Below, piece by piece: positions 37,269-46,117 of a stretch of 64,000 bases of DNA (position 1 is the first letter of the stretch; each line of letters begins with the position of its first letter). The stretch covers positions 32,074 to 96,073 of the forward strand of contig CAYYJQ010000002.1 in NCBI GenBank assembly GCA_964472295.1, read 5' to 3'. Under the pieces are notes generated by a model, which searched no databases, was not told where the DNA came from, and was given only the letters and a program-made list of their open reading frames with translations. The stretch is from an uncultured Thermodesulfobacteriota bacterium. GTDB taxonomy: Bacteria; Desulfobacterota; GWC2-55-46; JADFVP01. Both the position numbers and the translations under genes were made by a program.

Positions 37269-38672
37269 ATGAAGGTACTTGAGGTCATTCACGATTTTCT
37301 GCCCCGCCATACGGCGGGTTCCGAGGTCTACACCTTCAAACTCTCGAAGGAACTTCAGAAGATGGGCCACGAGGTGAGCCTTTTTTTCACAGAGGCCGAC
37401 CGCTCCCAGAAGCAGTACACCCTGAGAGAGTACACCTACGAGGGGCTTCCCTGCTTCGAGGCCATTGTCAACCGCGCATACAGCGACTTTACCGAGACCT
37501 ACCTGAACCCGGCCATGGACGCTCTCTTCTCCGAGGTCCTCGACAGGACCAGGCCCGATGTCATACACCTTCAACACATCATCAACCACTCGCTTAACTA
37601 CACACGCATGGCAAGGGAGCGCGGCATCCCCGTTGTCTTCACCCTTCACGACTACTATCTCACCTGCCCGCTTGGCGGGCAGAGGATAAGGCCCGACCTC
37701 ACCATATGCCATGACGTTCTGTCGGCAAGATGCGCCAGGTGCATCTCAAGGTACTCAAAGGGCTCATTCAAACTCAAGAAACTCTTCAACCGCGTCTCTG
37801 GACGCATCACACCCCGGGGGGCCGGCAACTCATCTCCAGGCAGGGGCCTTGCGGCAAGGTCGCTCATGAGGTTCAACGGGATCTTTGATACCATGGCCGT
37901 TAAAAAACTCATCCCAGAGGTTGAAAAGAGGCTCCTTCGAGTACTGGAGGCATCGAAGGACGTTGACCTCTTTATCGCGCCCTCGCGCTTCCTGAGGGAC
38001 AGGTTCCTGGACTTCGGCATCCCTGAGGAAAAGATACTCTACTCTGATTACGGCTTTGACGTGGCGGCCTTCAGGAAGATAAAAAAGGAGAGGAAAAAGC
38101 ACAGAGGCCCCATGGTCTTCGGCTACACGGGAAGCCTCGTGCCCCACAAGGGCGTGCACGTCCTTGTCCATGCCTTCAGCGCCCTGGAGCCCGGAAGGGC
38201 GGAACTCAAGATATACGGCAACCTCACATGGTTTCCCGATTACGTCGCAAGGCTTCGCAAGATAGCGGGGGACGCGGACATAAAGTTCATGGGGGCCTTT
38301 GATAATAGCGATGTGCCCGGCGTGCTCGCGGACATGGACGTACTTGTCGTGCCCTCCATATGGTTCGAGAACTCGCCCCTGACCATACACGAGGCCTTTA
38401 TCTCCAGAACCCCTGTCATAACGAGCAACCTCGGCGGCATGGCCGAACTCATAGATAACAACGTCTCGGGCCTTGTCTTTGAGACAGGCGACTCAGATGA
38501 CCTTCGCGCCAAGATGGAGGCTCTCATAAACGAACCTGGCCTTTTGGAAAGGCTCCGAAAGGGCCTGCCCCCTGTAAAGACCATAAGCGACGACGCCCGT
38601 CATATGGAGGAGATTTTCAGGGGGCTTATCGCCGGCAAGCCGTCCGTGCTTAGAGCCAGGGGGCAGGGCTGA
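37269..38672 (+). CDS. GT4-family glycosyltransferase with N-domain Cys4 insertion
   Basis: EAFISRTPVITSNLGGMAELIDNNVSGLVFETGD GT4 motif. Insert TCPLGGQRIRPDLTICHDVLSARCARC. It is a paralog of the N-domain of the protein at 39648..43298. Confidence 0.75.
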   Translation: MKVLEVIHDFLPRHTAGSEVYTFKLSKELQKMGHEVSLFFTEADRSQKQYTLREYTYEGLPCFEAIVNRAYSDFTETYLNPAMDALFSEVLDRTRPDVIHLQHIINHSLNYTRMARERGIPVVFTLHDYYLTCPLGGQRIRPDLTICHDVLSARCARCISRYSKGSFKLKKLFNRVSGRITPRGAGNSSPGRGLAARSLMRFNGIFDTMAVKKLIPEVEKRLLRVLEASKDVDLFIAPSRFLRDRFLDFGIPEEKILYSDYGFDVAAFRKIKKERKKHRGPMVFGYTGSLVPHKGVHVLVHAFSALEPGRAELKIYGNLTWFPDYVARLRKIAGDADIKFMGAFDNSDVPGVLADMDVLVVPSIWFENSPLTIHEAFISRTPVITSNLGGMAELIDNNVSGLVFETGDSDDLRAKMEALINEPGLLERLRKGLPPVKTISDDARHMEEIFRGLIAGKPSVLRARGQG

Positions 38673-38696
38673 GGGGATGACACCTCTATCTTAACC

Positions 38697-39644
38697 ATGA
38701 AAAAGGTCCGCGTCTCCATAGTCATACCCTCTCTTAACGGCGGCCCGCTCTTCAGGGAGTGCCTTGAGGCGGTCTTTTCACAGGAGACAGAGACGCCATA
38801 TGAGGTAATCGTGCTGGACTCGGGCTCCACGGACGGCACAATTGAGGCGGCCAAGGCGCGCGGCGTGAGGCTTTACGGCGTAGGTCCCGGAGAGTTCAAC
38901 CACGGCGAGACGAGAAACAGGGGCATAGCGCTCTCAAAGGGAGAGTTCGTGGTCCTGATGACGCAGGACGCCGTGCCAATGGGAAGGGGCTGGCTCAACG
39001 CACTGATAAGGCCCTTTAATGGCGACCCCCTCGTGGCGGGCGTATACGCGAGACAAGTACCGCACGAAGACGCGGACGTGCTAACGAAAAAACACCTCAA
39101 TGAGTGGCTCACGGGAAGGGCCGAGAGACACGTCTCCTATATCACGGACCGCGATGAGTATGAGACCATGAGGCCCATGAAGAGGTATTTTTTCTGTAAC
39201 TTCGACGACGTTTGCTCGGCCATACGAAAGAGCGTATGGGAAAAGATACCCTACGAAAGGACGGACTTTGGCGAGGACATCGAGTGGTCCAAGAAGGCCC
39301 TTGAGGCGGGCTTCAAGATAGTCTATGAGCCAGCGGCCAGCGTGAGGCACTCTCACGCAAGGCCCCTTAAGTATGAGTACCAGCGGACACGCCTCTGCCA
39401 CAGGCGTCTTAATGAGATATTCGGCATGAGGACAGTGCCAACAAGAAAACTTATACTCCGTTATGCCCTTAACTCGGCCATGAAAGACGCGGCCTATGTA
39501 TGGCGAAACGAGCCTTCTCTTAGTAGGCGCCTTGTCCTCATGGCGCGCGCGCCGCTTGCGAGTCTTATAAATGTTTACGCCCAGTACAGCGGGGCAAGGG
39601 ACGCCATGAAGGGGCGGACCAAAAAAAAGATTGCCGGAGTCTGA
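38697..39644 (+). CDS. GT2-family glycosyltransferase
   Basis: VSIVIPSLNGGPLFRECLEAVFSQ...VIVLDSGSTDGT, with a DxD-type region. Confidence 0.75.
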   Translation: MKKVRVSIVIPSLNGGPLFRECLEAVFSQETETPYEVIVLDSGSTDGTIEAAKARGVRLYGVGPGEFNHGETRNRGIALSKGEFVVLMTQDAVPMGRGWLNALIRPFNGDPLVAGVYARQVPHEDADVLTKKHLNEWLTGRAERHVSYITDRDEYETMRPMKRYFFCNFDDVCSAIRKSVWEKIPYERTDFGEDIEWSKKALEAGFKIVYEPAASVRHSHARPLKYEYQRTRLCHRRLNEIFGMRTVPTRKLILRYALNSAMKDAAYVWRNEPSLSRRLVLMARAPLASLINVYAQYSGARDAMKGRTKKKIAGV

Positions 39645-39647
39645 TAT

Positions 39648-42600
39648 ATGCGCATCGCCCTTGTTATACATGGTTTTCCGCCGGAGAACATGGCAGGCTC
39701 CGAGGTATATACCTGTAACCTTGCCGTGGAACTCGCAAAAAAACACGAGGTCTTTGTCTTTCAGAGGACCGCCGACCCGGACCGGCCAGAGTACGACGTT
39801 CAGAAACGCGGGTACCGGGGCCTCAACATAACCGCCATAAACAACAACTTCCGAAAGTGCCCGGATTTTTCCTGGACCTATCGTAACGACGAGATAGCGA
39901 AAAAATTCGGCGAGTTCCTTGACGAGACCAGGCCGGATGTAGTGCATTTTCACCACCTTACGTGCCTCTCCACCACCTGCGTGGAAGAGGCAAAAAAAAG
40001 AGGTCTTCCCGTTGTATACACGCTTCACGACTTCTGGCTCATCTGCCAGAGGGGCCAACTCCTCACAAGGGACCTCCATATATGCCCCGGCCCCTCGGTA
40101 GAGGCCTGCGCCGAATGTCTCGCAGGGCAGCTCGCCATGGGCGAGAGGACGAAAAAGGCCGCCGAGGCCCTCAAGAAGGGCCTTCCCGTGCTCGGGGGCA
40201 AGGGCAGGGCAAAGGAACTCCTCAGAAAGGTCTTTCTCTTCTCATCAAAGACCCTGCAGAGGGATGGGACCAAGGCCGCGGGGAAGATAAGACAACGGGA
40301 AGGGCATATAAGAGAGACCTTGTCTCTTATTGACAGGTTCATCTCTCCATCAGAGTTTGTAAGGGAAAAATTCATAGAGGCCGGAGTACCTGAAGACAGG
40401 ATAACCTTTCTTGACAATGGCTTTGATACCGCCATCTTCAAGGGGCTGAAGAGAAAGCCCTCCAAGAAGATACGCTTCGGATACATAGGCACATGGATAC
40501 CATCAAAGGGTGTGCATGTGCTCCTGAAGGCCTTCAGCCGCGTAAAAGAGAGCAAGGCCACGCTCACCGTGTACGGACGCCACGCCGCATATGATGGTTA
40601 CAGGGATTATGGAAAAGACCTTGAGGCCCTTGCGGACAACAAGGCCATACGCCTTGCCGGTCCCTATGACAATTCTGACGTTGGGAAGATACTCTCCGGG
40701 ATAGACGTCCTTATCGTGCCCTCCATCTGGTACGAGAACTCCCCCCTTACTGTGCACGAGGCCTACCTTGCCGGGGTGCCCGTCCTCGCTTCAGACATCG
40801 GCGGCCTTGCCGAGTACGTGGGCGAGGGCCGGGGCGGCATGAACTTTCGCGCGGGAGACGACAAGGACCTTTACGAAAAGATAAAGGAGATTATGGATAA
40901 CCCCTCCCTTATCGAGAAGATGAGAAGCACAATCCCACCCGTAAAGTCCATAGAGGAAAACGCAGGAGAGTTGGAGGGGATATACAGGGACCTTGCCAGC
41001 CCGGCCATGACCAGTGGTTATGACTTCATAAGCAATATCTTCACGGCAGAGGTCAAAAAAGACGGCAAGGGCTTCACCGAGTGCGCCTACCCCAAGTACA
41101 GGCACAAGGAGATGGTGAACGAGGGCGCCTTCAAGGTTGGAGGCGAGGAACGCCGCGTACTCTTCGAGCACCCCGCCATACGCGTTGGCGATACGTCCAT
41201 GACAGTGGCCTTCAGGAAAGTCAATGTAAAGGAAGGCGACGCACTCGAATTCGGCATTGGCGTAAACGAAGAGGCATGGACTAAGCCCGGCGACGGCGTG
41301 GACTTCGAGGTCCTTATAAAGGACGGCGAGACGCTGAAGCCTGTCTTCAAAAAATACATTGACCCCAAGCGAAATGAGGCGGATAGAAAGTGGTTTGATG
41401 AAAGAGTAGACCTTGGCGCATTTGAGGGCCGGACCATTGAAATACTCTTTCGCACCTCTGCCGGGCCGCGCGGCGATACGGAGTATGACTGGGCAGGCTG
41501 GAGCGAGCCCGCGGTGGTAAGCGGGGACGGCGCGTGTCGTTGCCTCCTTGACGAGTTGGACCGCGCCTTTATTGTGCGTTATGAAAAAAAGGAAGAGCAG
41601 GTCCTCGAAGACGTCCTGTATCTTGGCGACGACGCCCGGCAGGTGGTCTCTCTTGAGAACGGCGTGGAACTCGTCTACAGGGGCGTTACAGTTCCAGAGG
41701 GGGCGAGACTGAGGCTCGGCATAGGCGGAAGGAGCGGCCCCTCTGGCATGAGCCTCAAGGGGGGGCTTGAGATAGACGTAACAAGAGACGGGTCGAGGGA
41801 GACCATCTTCTCAAAAAACGCCCTTAGCGTGCTCTCAAAGCGCCTTACGAGCAAGGCCTGGCACGACGTGGAACTGGACCTTGAGAGATACTCGGGCCAG
41901 ACCCTTGACTTTCACTTTCGTAACAGGAGCAGTCAGATAATGGGCCTTGGCCCCCTTGAGATAATTTCAAAGGAAAAGAAAGAGATACGCCCACGGAAGT
42001 CAGAGCATACAAACGTCCTCATCATCACCCTTGACGCCGTGCGGGCCGACCGCATGGGTTTCATGGGCAACAAGGCCATGAAGACACCCTGCATGGACCG
42101 CTTAGCCCGCGAGGGCGTAGTATTTACCAACCACTTCGCCCAGTCGCACATTACAATACCATCGCACATGTCTCTTCTCTCATCAAAATTTCCGCGTACC
42201 ATAAAGACCCTCGATAACTACCAGTACAACCTCCCGTCCCTCCAGACCATAGCCGAGAGGCTCGGAGACAAGGGCTACAGGAGCTCGGCGGTGGTAAGCG
42301 TATCTCTACTCAACCCCTCGTGGTGCCGGGGAATAGAGCGGGGGTTTGACGACTACTTCCCAGTGCTTGGAAGGGAGCGCACCGCCTCACAGGGCATGAA
42401 CATCCTTGGCAACTGGATAGAAAAAAACAGCGAGAACCCCTTTTTCTCGTGGATACACCTCTATGACGCCCACTTCCCATACCAGGCCCCAAAACCCTTT
42501 CACACCATGTTCAAGGGGGGCGCGTCCCGTAGCGGCGCGCCCGCCATTGACGAGATAAAACTACACCCCCAGACAAGAAAATGGCTTGCTGACAGGGGCA

Positions 42601-43298
42601 TCACGGCCATGGACGCCCCAGTGGCCGAGTACAACGCCGAGGTGACATACCTTGACCATGAACTAAACCGCCTCTTCACCCGCATGGAGGCCCTCGGGGT
42701 CCTCGATAATACCCTTGTCATGATAACGGCTGACCACGGCGAGTGCCTCGGCGAGAGGGGGAGTTTCTTCTCCCACGTCGGGGTCTTTGACGAGACCATG
42801 CGAATACCCCTTGTCATGCGCCTTCCCGGGAGGCTTCCCGCCGGAAAGAGGATAGACGCCATGACCATGAACGTAGACCTCGTGCCAACGGCCATGGACA
42901 TACTCGGCCTCGCAGAAGAAAAAAAGGGCATGGAGGGTAAAAGCCTCCTGCCCCTCGTGGAAGGGAGCGCCAAGGGGATCCATGAGTATGTCATCGACGA
43001 GGGCGGCCACGGTGCCCAGGTGGCCCTGAGGACAGAAAAATGGAAGTTCATAAAGACCTTTGACGACATCTCCTATCTTGCCAACTTCCAGCGAAACAAG
43101 GGCGATGTGGAACTCTTTGACCTTGAGTCTGACCCGGGGGAGAAAAAGAACATTGCCAAGGAAAACCCGGAGACCTGCAGGCGTCTTTCCGGCCTCCTCG
43201 ACAAGTGGCTCGCCTCGCGAGCGGGAGCGGAGCAGGCCGAGATGATAGAGGCCGACGAAGAGACAAAGAAGAAACTCGAGGCCCTGGGGTATCTATAG
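39648..43298 (+). CDS. multidomain 1216-aa protein: GT4 glycosyltransferase + two copies of an uncharacterised domain + C-terminal sulfatase-family (alkaline-phosphatase superfamily) domain with Thr/His in place of the Cys/Arg sulfatase motif
   Basis: N-terminus MRIALVIHGFPPENMAGSEVYT...EAYLAGVPVLASDIGGLAEYV (GT4), with Cys4 insert ICQRGQLLTRDLHICPGPSVEACAEC. DUF copy 1 FEVLIKDGETLKPVFKKYIDPKRNEADRKWF...EILFRTSAGPRGDTEYDWAGWSEP, then a second degenerate copy. C-domain NVLIITLDAVRADRMGFMG...HITIPSHMSLLSSKFP...TADHGECLGERG...DLESDPGEKKNIAKE. It ends with the tail KKLEALGYL. Confidence 0.75.
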   Translation: MRIALVIHGFPPENMAGSEVYTCNLAVELAKKHEVFVFQRTADPDRPEYDVQKRGYRGLNITAINNNFRKCPDFSWTYRNDEIAKKFGEFLDETRPDVVHFHHLTCLSTTCVEEAKKRGLPVVYTLHDFWLICQRGQLLTRDLHICPGPSVEACAECLAGQLAMGERTKKAAEALKKGLPVLGGKGRAKELLRKVFLFSSKTLQRDGTKAAGKIRQREGHIRETLSLIDRFISPSEFVREKFIEAGVPEDRITFLDNGFDTAIFKGLKRKPSKKIRFGYIGTWIPSKGVHVLLKAFSRVKESKATLTVYGRHAAYDGYRDYGKDLEALADNKAIRLAGPYDNSDVGKILSGIDVLIVPSIWYENSPLTVHEAYLAGVPVLASDIGGLAEYVGEGRGGMNFRAGDDKDLYEKIKEIMDNPSLIEKMRSTIPPVKSIEENAGELEGIYRDLASPAMTSGYDFISNIFTAEVKKDGKGFTECAYPKYRHKEMVNEGAFKVGGEERRVLFEHPAIRVGDTSMTVAFRKVNVKEGDALEFGIGVNEEAWTKPGDGVDFEVLIKDGETLKPVFKKYIDPKRNEADRKWFDERVDLGAFEGRTIEILFRTSAGPRGDTEYDWAGWSEPAVVSGDGACRCLLDELDRAFIVRYEKKEEQVLEDVLYLGDDARQVVSLENGVELVYRGVTVPEGARLRLGIGGRSGPSGMSLKGGLEIDVTRDGSRETIFSKNALSVLSKRLTSKAWHDVELDLERYSGQTLDFHFRNRSSQIMGLGPLEIISKEKKEIRPRKSEHTNVLIITLDAVRADRMGFMGNKAMKTPCMDRLAREGVVFTNHFAQSHITIPSHMSLLSSKFPRTIKTLDNYQYNLPSLQTIAERLGDKGYRSSAVVSVSLLNPSWCRGIERGFDDYFPVLGRERTASQGMNILGNWIEKNSENPFFSWIHLYDAHFPYQAPKPFHTMFKGGASRSGAPAIDEIKLHPQTRKWLADRGITAMDAPVAEYNAEVTYLDHELNRLFTRMEALGVLDNTLVMITADHGECLGERGSFFSHVGVFDETMRIPLVMRLPGRLPAGKRIDAMTMNVDLVPTAMDILGLAEEKKGMEGKSLLPLVEGSAKGIHEYVIDEGGHGAQVALRTEKWKFIKTFDDISYLANFQRNKGDVELFDLESDPGEKKNIAKENPETCRRLSGLLDKWLASRAGAEQAEMIEADEETKKKLEALGYL

Positions 43299-43300
43299 AT

Positions 43301-44002
43301 ATGAAAACACTCGTAATCCTTCCCACATATAACGAAGCCGGAAACATCGAGAAGATGGTGCGCGCTGTCCTCAAGATGCGATGCGCCCACGTGCTTGTCG
43401 TGGACGACAACTCCACCGACGGCACAGGGGAAATCGCCGACCATCTCGCCAAGAAGGACAAAAGGGTGCGCGTACTTCACAGGAGCGGAAAACTGGGCCT
43501 TGCCTCGGCCTATATAGAGGGCTTTCACCTTGGGTTCGAGAATGGATATGAGTTCATACAGCAGATGGACTGCGACTTTTCCCACGACCCCGCGGACCTG
43601 CCAAGATTTCTTGAGGAGATGAAGACCAGCGGCGCGGACGTGGTCATCGGGTCGCGCTATGTGCCGGGCGGGGCCATTATTGGTTGGCCCCTTGCGAGAC
43701 ACATACTCAGCAAGGGCGGCAACCTCTACGCGCGCTTTATCCTCCGATGCAACCTCAGGGACTGGACAGGAGGGTTCAACCTCTTCAGGGCCGCGGCGCT
43801 AAGAGAGATTATAGATGAGAAGAACTTTGCCGAGGGATACGCCTTTCTCGTGGAGATGAAGTACCACGCCGTAAAGAGGGGATTCAAGGTAAGAGAGATT
43901 CCCATTGTCTTCAGGGAAAGGACCATAGGCGAGTCCAAGATGGGAAGGAATATCGTCACCGAGGCGGCAAAGAGGGTCTGGAAACTGAGAAGAGAGGGCT
44001 GA
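43301..44002 (+). CDS. polyprenyl-phosphate sugar synthase, GT2 (DPM1/GtrB/CsbB-like)
   Basis: The ORF-track frame starts at 43205 inside the previous gene. The likely start is the ATG at 43301, 2 nt after the upstream stop. MKTLVILPTYNEAGNIE...VLVVDDNSTDGT...GSRY... gives a dolichol-phosphate-mannose-synthase-like pattern. Confidence 0.8.
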   Translation: MKTLVILPTYNEAGNIEKMVRAVLKMRCAHVLVVDDNSTDGTGEIADHLAKKDKRVRVLHRSGKLGLASAYIEGFHLGFENGYEFIQQMDCDFSHDPADLPRFLEEMKTSGADVVIGSRYVPGGAIIGWPLARHILSKGGNLYARFILRCNLRDWTGGFNLFRAAALREIIDEKNFAEGYAFLVEMKYHAVKRGFKVREIPIVFRERTIGESKMGRNIVTEAAKRVWKLRREG

Positions 44003-44005
44003 GGG

Positions 44006-46117
44006 GTGAGAAGGCCTGCAACCCTCTTGGCGGCGCTCCTCCTCATTGGACTGGCCGCCCTCTACTGGAAGATATGCGTCCTCATGGCCGCCACGGGCAG
44101 GGTCTCGCCTTTTGGCTCCGAGAACCTCTACGTACTCTACTACCCCCTCATACGCTACGGCGTAGAGTCCATGAAGGCCCTGCATATCCCCCTCTGGAAC
44201 CCCTACCAGTCCCTTGGAGCGCCCTTTCTGGGCTCAGCGCTCTTCGGTCTCTTCTCGCCCTTCAGTTTTCTCTACTACATACTGCCGACGCACATTGCCA
44301 TGGGCTGGTCCACCGTTCTGAACATAGCCCTTGCAGGGTTCTTCACCTTTTTATTCCTCAATAAGAGCCTTAAGATAGCACCTGCCGGCGCCCTCGCCGG
44401 GGCCATTGTCTTCATGTTCTCAGGGCCACTGCTTCTTGAGATAATACACCCATCGCTCGTAGGGGCCATGAGTTTTCTACCCCTTCTGCTCTATCTCACG
44501 CAAAAGATATTCGAGAGAGAGAGCACCCGGTGGGCGGCACTCTTTGCCGTCATACTTGCCTGCCAGATGCTTACAGGCGCCGTGCAGGTAATCGTCCATA
44601 GCATCTTCCTGACAGGGGCCTACGCCATGGCGCTCTTCTACCATGCCTGGCGTGACAAAAGGGCAGGCATGAGGCCCCTTGTCCTCATCGTCATCGGCGG
44701 CCTTGTGGCCATTGCCCTCTCTTTAATACAGTGGCTTCCGCTCCTTGAACTCTCGGGCCATACTGGAAGAGACGCGAGCGGGCTCTCCCTCAAAGACGCC
44801 GAGCCATTCATATCCGTCTTCACCCCCGCCTTTGTCATAAAGAGTCTCCTCTTCGGCGGACGCGGCATGACTATTGGTCTTATTCCTGTATTACTGGGCC
44901 TCTTTGCCGTCTTTAACCGCAGGTCTCGTGGCCGCACGCTTTTTTTCGCCTTCATGGCCCTTCTCACGCTCCTCATGGCCTTTGGCACTCATACGCCCCT
45001 TTACGGCATTTACTACCACTATATACCCACAGGCAAGATGTTCCGCGTGCCCGTGCGCTGGCTCTGGCTAACGGCATTTTCCGTGGCCGTACTCGCGGCC
45101 TACGGCGCGGGGGCCATCTTCAGGGAGTTGGAGGCCCGAAGGGGCCTTCGCGCCGCGGCCCTCATCATCATCCCCTTCCTCATTACGGTCTTTCTCTTTC
45201 AGAAGAACGTGATGAGACTCTATAACCACCCCCAGCAGACGCCAGCCCTCTTCACGCGCCACGCGGAAGAAGGCGCATTCCTCAGAAAGGTTCAGGGCAC
45301 GTACCGCACATACATATCAAGCGACTTTGGAAGAGATTTTTCGCTCCTTCAGAAGTTCGGCACCATAGAGAAGGTCTATGTCCTCAATGACTACGAATCC
45401 CTGAGCCTCGGCTCCTACCAGAGGTTCGCGGCCGCGGTCCTCGGTAGAGACGATATGCTCTCAAAAAAAATCTTCTACGGCGCCTTCATGCTCAAGAACG
45501 GCCAGAAGAGCCTCCGCCTCATGAGCCTCTTAAGCACAGGCTTTGTAATGGAAAAAGGCCATGGCCCCTTCGGCAAAAAAACGCCACCCGGCATGGACGA
45601 GATATACAACAAGAAGGGCGTTAAGATATACCGCTATAAAGGCGCCCTCCCGAGGGCCTATGTGGTCTACAGGAGCGAGACCATAAAGGACGAGACCACG
45701 GCCCTTAAGAGGCTCGCATCTCCTGCCTTCAACCCCAGGGCCGCCGCAATTCTTGAGCATGACGCGGGCCTTGCCAAGGCCCCCCCGCAAGGCCCTGCCC
45801 TTACAAGGGCGCGCATAACGCGCCTTCTCCCCGAAAAAGTGGAGATAAGGGCAGACCTCCGGGAAAGGGGCGTCCTCGTCATGACGGACTTTTTCTATCC
45901 CGGATGGCGCGCCTACGTGGACGGAGCGGAGGCCCCCATTCTCAGGGCAAACACCATCATGAGGGGCCTTGTCCTTGATAAAGGCCCTCACAAGGTGGTA
46001 TTTGTCTACAGGCCCCTGCCCTTCAGGATAGGGCTCTGGGTATCTATCCTTACCCTTGCGGGACTTCTCATATACCTCGGCCTTGACATCAAGAAAGGTG
46101 CGCGGAAAAGACCATGA
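44006..46117 (+). CDS. YfhO-family GT-C membrane glycosyltransferase
   Basis: At least 12 TM helices. The periplasmic C-terminal domain ends ...MTDFFYPGWRAYVDGAEAPILRANTIMRGLVLDKGPHKVVFVYRPLPF plus a final TM helix, the YfhO hallmark. Confidence 0.65.
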   Translation: MRRPATLLAALLLIGLAALYWKICVLMAATGRVSPFGSENLYVLYYPLIRYGVESMKALHIPLWNPYQSLGAPFLGSALFGLFSPFSFLYYILPTHIAMGWSTVLNIALAGFFTFLFLNKSLKIAPAGALAGAIVFMFSGPLLLEIIHPSLVGAMSFLPLLLYLTQKIFERESTRWAALFAVILACQMLTGAVQVIVHSIFLTGAYAMALFYHAWRDKRAGMRPLVLIVIGGLVAIALSLIQWLPLLELSGHTGRDASGLSLKDAEPFISVFTPAFVIKSLLFGGRGMTIGLIPVLLGLFAVFNRRSRGRTLFFAFMALLTLLMAFGTHTPLYGIYYHYIPTGKMFRVPVRWLWLTAFSVAVLAAYGAGAIFRELEARRGLRAAALIIIPFLITVFLFQKNVMRLYNHPQQTPALFTRHAEEGAFLRKVQGTYRTYISSDFGRDFSLLQKFGTIEKVYVLNDYESLSLGSYQRFAAAVLGRDDMLSKKIFYGAFMLKNGQKSLRLMSLLSTGFVMEKGHGPFGKKTPPGMDEIYNKKGVKIYRYKGALPRAYVVYRSETIKDETTALKRLASPAFNPRAAAILEHDAGLAKAPPQGPALTRARITRLLPEKVEIRADLRERGVLVMTDFFYPGWRAYVDGAEAPILRANTIMRGLVLDKGPHKVVFVYRPLPFRIGLWVSILTLAGLLIYLGLDIKKGARKRP

